Source: Bacillota bacterium | GTDB taxonomy: Bacteria; Bacillota; Dethiobacteria; DTU022 | DNA length: 64,000 bases | Assembly (NCBI GenBank): GCA_051748565.1 | Contig: JBNJHN010000003.1 | Span: forward strand, 9,596-73,595 | Direction of reading: 5' to 3' | In this document: one piece after another, positions 57,553 to 64,000 of the stretch | Position numbering within the stretch: the stretch's first letter is position 1 | Layout of the letters: the number at the start of each line of letters is the position of its first letter | Translations under genes and position numbers: made by a program | The notes under the pieces: model-generated | Databases searched by the model: none | Told to the model about the DNA's origin: nothing | The model's input: the letters and a program-made list of their open reading frames with translations, nothing else

Positions 57553-58737
57553 CTACTCCAGACCCATGGCCATCAGGGTGCCATGATGTACAATACGGCC
57601 GCCGTGGGTAACAAGGGTCGACTGGATAATTTCATCGCTTGTATCAGTTTTGACTTTTCCTTCCTGCAAAAGATAGGACAGAAAATTGAAAGTGCTTTGA
57701 GCAAACATGTTGGTGGCATCAATTGGCAGGGTTGCGGGAATATTCATAATTCCGCTAATTGTAACTCCATCAAAATTGAATTCCTCACCGCAGCGGGTAA
57801 TTGCACAGTTGCCCCCCTGGTCTACAGCGATATCAACTATTACAGATCCTTTTTTCATTTTTTTGATCATGGGCTCATCAATAATAACTGGAGCTACTTC
57901 TCCCGGGATAAGGGCACTGAGGATAACAGCATCGCTTTCTGCAACATGCGGGGCTAAAGTTTCACGTTCTCGTTCATACCATTCACCGGGCAGCCGTCGG
58001 GCGTAGCCGCCTTCACCTACCGCAAGTTCCCGGGGGATGTTGAATTCTATATTTTCAGCTCCCAGGCTGCGAGCCTGTTCATTGGCTTCGGGCCGTATAT
58101 CAAGGGTTTTGACTTTAGCCCCCAGCCTTTTTGCGGTGGCGATAGATTGCAATCCTGCGACTCCGGTTCCAATTACCAGAAATTGAGCGGGGTGAATAAT
58201 ACCAAAAGATGTCGGTATCATTGGAATGAAACGTCCCAGGTTATTGGCGGCAAAAATGACTGCTTTGTATCCGGCTACTGTACTCATGGATGTTAAAGAA
58301 TCCATCTGCTGTGCTCTCGAAATCCGTGGGATGCCATCCAGGGTATATCCGGTAATCCCTCTTTCAGCAAGGATTTTTATCCCTTCGTGGTTAACAGAGT
58401 GAGCCGGGTGCAGAAAACTAATTATCACGCCATTCTCAGGAAACAGTTCGGCCTCATGTTTGCCCAATTCTTCATGGTAACGGGGTTCCTTGACCTTTAA
58501 TATGATCCCGGCCTGCCTGTATATTTCACGGACATCCGAAATTATTTCCGCCCCTTTTTCCCTGAAGCTCTCATCGTCGATGTAAGCTCCTGCGCCTGCA
58601 CCGGTTTCTATCATAACACGTGCACCTGCGGAAACCATCTTACCGACAGTATCAGGAATAGCTGCTACCCTTTTTTCCCCGGGCATTATCTCGCGGGGAA
58701 CTCCAATAATAATTTTGTCAATCTGCACAGCAAACAC
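57553..58737 (-). CDS. pntAA: NAD(P) transhydrogenase alpha subunit part 1 (dI, alanine-dehydrogenase/PNT domain)
   Basis: 394 aa with IGVPREI and the GTGVAGLQ NAD-binding motif. Confidence 0.85.
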   Translation of the reverse strand: MFAVQIDKIIIGVPREIMPGEKRVAAIPDTVGKMVSAGARVMIETGAGAGAYIDDESFREKGAEIISDVREIYRQAGIILKVKEPRYHEELGKHEAELFPENGVIISFLHPAHSVNHEGIKILAERGITGYTLDGIPRISRAQQMDSLTSMSTVAGYKAVIFAANNLGRFIPMIPTSFGIIHPAQFLVIGTGVAGLQSIATAKRLGAKVKTLDIRPEANEQARSLGAENIEFNIPRELAVGEGGYARRLPGEWYERERETLAPHVAESDAVILSALIPGEVAPVIIDEPMIKKMKKGSVIVDIAVDQGGNCAITRCGEEFNFDGVTISGIMNIPATLPIDATNMFAQSTFNFLSYLLQEGKVKTDTSDEIIQSTLVTHGGRIVHHGTLMAMGLE

Positions 58738-59016
58738 CCCCGGTTTTGTACGGAAAAAAAGCTTCCGTTTACTTGTCTGGAAACCCCTGATGCTTATTAT
58801 AAGACTTAATTGCGATTGTTACTATGCTTCTCCGACTGCTGTAACAATAATCAGATCTAGAATTAACATATCCTAGTATATTATATCAGAGGATCCGTTG
58901 GGTTAAAACCGTATTTAAGCCAAATACTTAAATAAATGCTTTTCTATTGAGCTTTATAGCTGGTTATAGTAAGCTTAAAATGCATTTGCCATATTTATAA
59001 GCGGAGGTTTTAATAA

Positions 59017-59871
59017 ATGGTTCTGTTAACAGGAGCGGCAGGTAAAACCGGTCGGGCGATAATGAAAGCGCTTGCCGCCTGTAATATTGAAACACGTGCC
59101 CTCGTCCGCCGTAATAATCAGGTCTCAGAGCTGAAAAAAACCGGCGCAACTGATGTTTTTATTGGCGATATGGTGGATGCTGATACTTATCAAAGGGTAA
59201 TGCGCGGAGTTAGAGCTGTCTATCACATCTGCCCGAACATGCACCCTTCCGAAATAGAAATCGGGCGGCTTGCTATTAATGCAGCTGCTGATTATGAAGT
59301 GGATCATTTTGTTTATCATTCTGTTTTGCACCCACAAACCGAGAAAATGCCTCATCACTGGCAAAAATTGCGTGTTGAGGAAATGCTGTTTGAATCCGGC
59401 CTTGATTTTACCATTTTGCAGCCAGCGCCTTACATGCAAAATATTCTGGCGAGCATGAAGATAATTTTAAAACATGGTCTTTACAGGGTTCCATATCATC
59501 TTGAAACCCGGCTTAGCATGCTTGACCTGTGGGACCTTGGTGAAGTCGCAGCGACAATACTGACTGAACCCGAACACAGGGGCGCTGTTTACGAAATTGC
59601 CGGTACTGCCGGATTAACCCAGGCAGATGTTGTTGCCCTAATTGGTGATATTCTGGGGAAAAAAGTTGTAGTTGAAGAAATCACTATTGAAAATTGGCGT
59701 CAGGAAGCGCAGGGATTGGGTATGGGTCCATACCAGTTGGAAACACTGGCAAAAATGTTTGATTATTACGCTAACTATGGTTTATGCGGCAGCAGCAATG
59801 TTTTGAGCTGGCTTCTCGGGCGCAAACCGACAAGTTTGAGCAGTTTCATAAAACGAGAGTTTGTCAAATAA
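59017..59871 (+). CDS. NmrA-like NAD(P)H-binding protein
   Basis: LLTGAAGKTGRAI Rossmann N-terminus. Confidence 0.7.
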   Translation: MVLLTGAAGKTGRAIMKALAACNIETRALVRRNNQVSELKKTGATDVFIGDMVDADTYQRVMRGVRAVYHICPNMHPSEIEIGRLAINAAADYEVDHFVYHSVLHPQTEKMPHHWQKLRVEEMLFESGLDFTILQPAPYMQNILASMKIILKHGLYRVPYHLETRLSMLDLWDLGEVAATILTEPEHRGAVYEIAGTAGLTQADVVALIGDILGKKVVVEEITIENWRQEAQGLGMGPYQLETLAKMFDYYANYGLCGSSNVLSWLLGRKPTSLSSFIKREFVK

Positions 59872-59893
59872 CCTGGATGTGGAGGTATAGGAG

Positions 59894-60247
59894 ATGTATG
59901 TAACCGATCTGGATAGAACCAAAGAAATTGATATTACCCCCGAAAGCCTTGAAGGGAAAGGAAAAGCTACAGTCCGCTGGCTGCTTGGTGAACCTGAGGG
60001 TGCCCCGAATTTTGAAATGCGTTACTTTTCGCTTACCGGTGATATTTCCACTGAATGGCATAATCATGATTGGGAGCACCAGGTGTTTGTGATAAAGGGA
60101 AATGGCAAAATCCGCTCAACCGAGCAGGAAGTTAACCTCGGGCCAGGCAGTGCCGTGCTGGTAGCGCCGAATGAACAGCATCATTTCATTTGCACCGGCA
60201 AAAGGTTCGATTTTATTTGTGTTGTGCCAAAAGGGACCCGCAGCTGA
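59894..60247 (+). CDS. Cupin-domain protein
   Basis: 117 aa with the cupin His motif (HNHDWEHQVFV). Confidence 0.6.
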   Translation: MYVTDLDRTKEIDITPESLEGKGKATVRWLLGEPEGAPNFEMRYFSLTGDISTEWHNHDWEHQVFVIKGNGKIRSTEQEVNLGPGSAVLVAPNEQHHFICTGKRFDFICVVPKGTRS

Positions 60248-60387
60248 AAAATCAGCAGGGGAAAATAATAAATAGAATTGTGTGGGGACCAAATCGAAAG
60301 TTTCTAGAATTATTTCAATTAATTTTCCGGTTAAGAAGGATTTTTGCAGGTTTTGGCGAAGGAAAGTAAACATATATTGCGTATGAA

Positions 60388-60615
60388 CCCTGTGGGAGAG
60401 TTCCGTTCAGCGGACACCGAAGGAGCAACCTTCCGACCTGGCGGGCGGTGGGGAAACTCTCAGGTTTCAGTACCATCGGGGGATGCACCTCTGGAGAGCG
60501 CCCGTTAATACGGGGCACCGACGGGGAAAGCCTCTTAATTTATATAAGGGAGCAATCTCTCAGGTATCAGGGACAGAGTAAAAAGCCGCAGGGCTTTCTC
60601 TGTCCTTTTTGTTTT
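60388..60615 (+). promoter_or_regulatory. Tandem glycine riboswitch (two aptamers plus terminator expression platform) in the gcvT leader
   Basis: Aptamer 1 is GGGAGAG...CACCGAAGGAGCAA...CTCTCAGG. Aptamer 2 is CTGGAGAG...CACCGACGGGGAAA...CTCTCAGG...GGACAGAG. The terminator stem GGACAGAG/CTCTGTCC is followed by TTTTTGTTTT. Confidence 0.8.
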
Positions 60616-60663
60616 CTTGTTTCCAGCAGTGAAATTTATAAAGAAAGGAGGATGGTAGTACTG

Positions 60664-61767
60664 ATGAGTGAAGGAAATAAAACACCATTCTACGAAAAAC
60701 ACCTCGCACTGGAAGGGAAAATAGTCGACTACAGTGGTTGGCTTCTGCCGGTTCAATATCCGAAAGGATTGGTTGAAGAAGTTCACGACACCCGCCAGAG
60801 AGCAACTATTTTCGATGTTTCACACATGGGCGAAGTCAGTGTCAAAGGTAAAGATGCCGAAGTATATTTACAGAAGATCTTGGTTAATGATATTTCAACT
60901 CTTAAAAACAATGCTATTATGTACAGCCCGGTTTGTTATCCTGACGGTGGAGTTGTCGATGATATCCTGGTCTACCGCATTGAAGAAGAAGATTTTTTCC
61001 TGGTAGTAAATGCTGCAAATACAGACAAAGACTATGCCTGGTTCAAAGAAAATATGTCTGGCGATGTCGAACTAAATAACCTTTCTTCAGATTATGCCCA
61101 GATTGCCCTGCAGGGGCCCAACAGCGAGGCAATCTTGCAGCAGCTAACTGATGCATCTTTAGCTGAAATGAAGAATTATCATTTCCTGCCGGATTTACAA
61201 GTAGCCGGAGTAAACTGCATTGTATCCAGAACCGGCTATACCGGGGAAGATGGTTTCGAAGTTTACTGTAAAAATGATGGAGCTGATGTCCTTTGGGATG
61301 CCATTTGGACGGCTGGTGTGAAGCATGAGCTTAACCCTGCAGGGCTTGGAGCCAGGGATGTCCTGCGTCTGGAGGCAGCGATGCCTCTCTACGGCCATGA
61401 ATTGAGCAAAGAACTTACCCCCCTGCAGGCCGGCCTGGATCGTTTTGTAGCCCTCGAAAAGAAAATTGCTTTTAACGGACAGGAAGCTTTAAAAAAGCAG
61501 CAGTCGGAAGGAATGAGCAGAAAACTTTTCGGCCTGGAAATGCTGGAGCGGGGTGTGCCTCGTGAAGGTTATCCGGTTAAAGCCGGAGATCAGGAAATTG
61601 GCTGGGTCAGCAGTGGATCTTATTCCCCAACGCTGGACAAGTTTATCGCCATGGCTTTTTTAGATCCGGAAGTTGTTAAGCAAACCAGTGAAGTTGATTT
61701 AATGATCCGCAATCGCTCTTACCGGGCGCGGATTACCAAAATGCCATTTTACAGGAGGAAAAAATAA
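60664..61767 (+). CDS. gcvT: Glycine cleavage system aminomethyltransferase (T protein)
   Basis: The ATG at 60664 follows AAAGGAGGA. GcvT domains are present, and the gene lies downstream of the glycine riboswitch. The track ORF start at 60448 is rejected. Confidence 0.9.
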   Translation: MSEGNKTPFYEKHLALEGKIVDYSGWLLPVQYPKGLVEEVHDTRQRATIFDVSHMGEVSVKGKDAEVYLQKILVNDISTLKNNAIMYSPVCYPDGGVVDDILVYRIEEEDFFLVVNAANTDKDYAWFKENMSGDVELNNLSSDYAQIALQGPNSEAILQQLTDASLAEMKNYHFLPDLQVAGVNCIVSRTGYTGEDGFEVYCKNDGADVLWDAIWTAGVKHELNPAGLGARDVLRLEAAMPLYGHELSKELTPLQAGLDRFVALEKKIAFNGQEALKKQQSEGMSRKLFGLEMLERGVPREGYPVKAGDQEIGWVSSGSYSPTLDKFIAMAFLDPEVVKQTSEVDLMIRNRSYRARITKMPFYRRKK

Positions 61768-62165
61768 TGAAATATAATATTATTGATGGTGTAAGATACA
61801 CCAGGAAGCATGAATGGGCCCGTCAAGAAGACAATACTGTCGTCGTCGGTCTTTCAGACTTTGCTCAGGACAAGCTTGGTGAAATAGTTTTTGTCGAGCT
61901 GCCGGATATTGGCACAGAAGTCGAAGCGGGTAAAGGGTCTGCAGTAATCGAGTCGGTTAAAGCCGTAGCTGACCTATATGCCCCTGTAGACGGAACCGTG
62001 GTTGAGATTAATGAAGATCTGCTTGATCAACCTGAAGCAATCAACTCAGACCCTTACGGAGCCGGTTGGGTATATAAAGTTGAAATCAAGGATGAAGCCC
62101 AATTTGATGCATTGATGGATAAGCCGACTTATGAAAAATTTGTTATAGAGGAGGATGAGAAATAG
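61767..62165 (+). CDS. gcvH: Glycine cleavage system H protein
   Basis: Lipoyl-lysine motif ESVKAVADLYAP. Confidence 0.9.
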   Translation: MKYNIIDGVRYTRKHEWARQEDNTVVVGLSDFAQDKLGEIVFVELPDIGTEVEAGKGSAVIESVKAVADLYAPVDGTVVEINEDLLDQPEAINSDPYGAGWVYKVEIKDEAQFDALMDKPTYEKFVIEEDEK

Positions 62166-62168
62166 CAT

Positions 62169-63518
62169 ATGGGTGGTAAACATTACCTTCCCCTGACTGA
62201 TGAAGATCGGCGTGAAATGCTTGCTGTAATCGGTGTTAATGCCGTTGAAGATCTTTTTAATGATATCCCGGCAGAAGTACGCCTGAAACGGGAACTGGAT
62301 CTGCCGCCGGCACTGGCGGAATCGGAGGTGATAAGCTATCTGAATTCGCTGGCATCAAAAAACAGGCATTTCCATAATTCTGTTTCATTCCTGGGTGCAG
62401 GGGTTTATGATCATTTTATTCCTTCCATTATTAAACATGTCACCGGTCGCAGTGAGTTCTATACATCTTATACTCCCTATCAGCCTGAAATAAGCCAGGG
62501 AGTCCTGCAGGCAATTTTTGAGTTCCAGACGATGATCTGCCAGCTAACCGGAATGGAAGTATCGAACGCTTCTATGTACGATGGCGGCACTGCTGTTGCC
62601 GAAGGAGCAATTATGGGCTGTGGGGCAACAAGAAGATCCAAAACTCTTGTTTCTCGTTCGGTCAGTCCTTTTTATCGCGAGGTGCTCAGTAATTATTATA
62701 ACAGCCGTGGCCTTGACCTGGAAGAGATCCCTCTAAAAGACGGCCGCACCGACTTGTCCGAGCTGGACAAGATGCTTGGTGACGATATTGCTTCGGTAGT
62801 CCTGCAGCAGCCCAACTTCTTCGGTATGATTGAAGAAATGGATGGCCTGGCTGAAATGGTTCACAATCATAAAGCAGTTTTTGTTGTCTCCGCCGATCCC
62901 TTATCGCTGCCCCTGCTGCAGAGTCCGGCCGAGTACGGTGCTGATATCGTAGTTGGTGAAGGGCAGGGCCTGGGTGTCCCTGCATCATTTGGCGGACCAT
63001 TGCTGGGCATTATGGCAGCGCGCGGTAAATTTGTTCGCCAGATGCCCGGTCGTATTGCCGGAGAAACTGTTGACAGCGAAGGGAATCGCGGTTATGTTTT
63101 GACCCTTCAAACCAGGGAACAGCATATCAGACGTGAAAAAGCGGCTTCCAATATCTGCTCCAATGAAGCCCTTGTGGCACTTGGGGCAGCTGTTTATCTT
63201 GCTGCGCTTGGCCCGCAGGGAATGCGTGAAGTTGCCCGGCAGTGCCTTCAGAAAGCTGCCTATGCCCGTGAAAAGATAACGGCTCTCAAAGGTTTTGAGA
63301 ATTTATTCGAAGGGCATTATTTTAAAGAGTTTGCAATAAAAGTGCCCGGCGATCCCGCAGAACTCAATAAAAGGCTGTTGGATAAAAATATTCTCGGTGG
63401 CGTCGATCTGGCTCCCTTTTATCCAGAGCTAAAAAATACCATGTTATTTGCTGTCACAGAAAAGAGGACCCGCCAGGAGATCGATGCCCTGATCCGGGAA
63501 TTGGAGGGATGGAAATGA
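62169..63518 (+). CDS. gcvPA: Glycine dehydrogenase (decarboxylating) subunit 1
   Basis: 449 aa, GcvP N-terminal half. Confidence 0.9.
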   Translation: MGGKHYLPLTDEDRREMLAVIGVNAVEDLFNDIPAEVRLKRELDLPPALAESEVISYLNSLASKNRHFHNSVSFLGAGVYDHFIPSIIKHVTGRSEFYTSYTPYQPEISQGVLQAIFEFQTMICQLTGMEVSNASMYDGGTAVAEGAIMGCGATRRSKTLVSRSVSPFYREVLSNYYNSRGLDLEEIPLKDGRTDLSELDKMLGDDIASVVLQQPNFFGMIEEMDGLAEMVHNHKAVFVVSADPLSLPLLQSPAEYGADIVVGEGQGLGVPASFGGPLLGIMAARGKFVRQMPGRIAGETVDSEGNRGYVLTLQTREQHIRREKAASNICSNEALVALGAAVYLAALGPQGMREVARQCLQKAAYAREKITALKGFENLFEGHYFKEFAIKVPGDPAELNKRLLDKNILGGVDLAPFYPELKNTMLFAVTEKRTRQEIDALIRELEGWK

Positions 63519-64000
63519 GAAAATCTAAAGCCCTATTATTCGAAATGAGCCGCCCGGAGCGACAGGGTTATTCTCTGCCGTCCTGTGATGTTCCAGAAAA
63601 ACCGGTGGATGAGCTTCTTCCTAAGAAGATGCAGAGAAGTGAACCGCTTGATCTGCCCGAACTATCGGAAAATGAAATAATCCGACATTATACGGAACTT
63701 TCGACCCGTAATTTTGGTGTCGACACCGGTTTCTATCCACTTGGTTCATGTACAATGAAATATAACCCGAAAGTTAACGAAGACGTTGCCACTCTGCCCG
63801 GTTTTGCTTTGATGCATCCCTGTCAGCCGATGGAAACAACCCAGGGGGCCCTGGAGCTACTTTATAATATGGAGCAGGGTCTTAAAGAACTTACTGCCAT
63901 GGACCGTTTTACCCTGCAACCTGCTGCAGGTGCACATGGTGAGCTGACCGGCTTAATGGTGATCCAGGCTTATCACCGTCACCGGGAAGATTACAAACGT
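63515..64000 (+). CDS. gcvPB: Glycine dehydrogenase (decarboxylating) subunit 2, 3'-truncated by the window edge
   Basis: The ATG overlaps the gcvPA stop (ATGA). The N-terminus [16 protein letters not shown] ... [13 protein letters not shown] is typical of GcvPB. Confidence 0.85.
   Translation, partial: MRKSKALLFEMSRPERQGYSLPSCDVPEKPVDELLPKKMQRSEPLDLPELSENEIIRHYTELSTRNFGVDTGFYPLGSCTMKYNPKVNEDVATLPGFALMHPCQPMETTQGALELLYNMEQGLKELTAMDRFTLQPAAGAHGELTGLMVIQAYHRHREDYKR

Noticed and set aside
60448-60663. N-terminal 72 codons of track ORF 60448-61767
   Set aside because: This stretch is the glycine riboswitch itself. The real gcvT start is the ATG at 60664, which follows AAAGGAGGA.
1-64000. CRISPR arrays, rRNA/tRNA genes, prophage or integrative elements
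   Set aside because: No regularly spaced direct repeats, no rRNA- or tRNA-like sequences, and no integrase, transposase or phage structural genes were recognised in any frame.

Overview
This 64-kb window reads as an anaerobic aromatic-compound (benzoyl-CoA) degradation island from a low-to-moderate-GC organism with strong GGAGG-type ribosome-binding sites. A Gram-positive strict anaerobe is my inference only. Genes are mostly on the + strand and operon-like.

The centrepiece (6.65-17.5 kb) is a complete eight-gene set with the architecture of the ATP-independent class II benzoyl-CoA reductase, in order bamB, bamC, bamD, bamE, bamF, bamG, bamH, bamI. BamB is a tungsten AOR-family protein, BamC a 4Fe-4S ferredoxin, BamD HdrD-like, BamE HdrA-like, BamF MvhD-like, and BamG, BamH and BamI are NuoE-, NuoF- and NuoG-like. 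Two of these genes, the HdrA-like bamE and the MvhD-like bamF, each contain one in-frame TGA. Each TGA sits exactly where the protein family has a conserved Cys, and each is followed by a short hairpin. I therefore read them as selenocysteine codons with candidate SECIS elements, not as frameshifts or pseudogenes.

- Upstream (2.2-6.3 kb) is a lower-pathway beta-oxidation operon: thiolase, 3-hydroxybutyryl-CoA dehydrogenase, acyl-CoA dehydrogenase and crotonase.
- Downstream in order: a convergent CoA-transferase/GNAT fusion, a PaaI thioesterase, a gamma-carbonic-anhydrase/PaaY-like protein, UspA, a thiolase, a TRAP transporter (DctPQM), and a GAF sensor kinase with a LuxR-type response regulator.
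- Next comes a methyltransferase/SDR/SCP2-thiolase/amidohydrolase_2 operon.
- Then a D-2-hydroxyacid dehydrogenase with two 2-hydroxyacyl-CoA-dehydratase-like subunits (no activator ATPase in the window), indolepyruvate:ferredoxin oxidoreductase IorAB, three CoA ligases and two MFS transporters.
- The modified-beta-oxidation genes of the benzoyl-CoA pathway follow in the order DUF35 Zn-ribbon protein, Oah/BamA ring hydrolase, Dch-like hydratase and Had-like Zn-dehydrogenase.
- The 3' end carries cysE, housekeeping-type genes, pntAA-pntAB-pntB (membrane transhydrogenase), and a tandem glycine riboswitch driving gcvT-gcvH-gcvPA-gcvPB (gcvPB is truncated by the window edge).

The most interesting unannotated signal is a conserved intergenic element of about 100 nt. 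Two copies are clear (28917-29013 and 45853-45950, roughly 80-85 % identical), one is more divergent (upstream of bamB, 6477-6590), and a fourth is possible but degenerate. All copies lie in the same orientation upstream of + strand catabolic operons. One copy sits 51 bp from the GAF-kinase/LuxR two-component genes, so I propose it as a shared promoter/operator module of a benzoyl-CoA regulon.

No rRNA, tRNA, CRISPR array, transposase or integrase was found.
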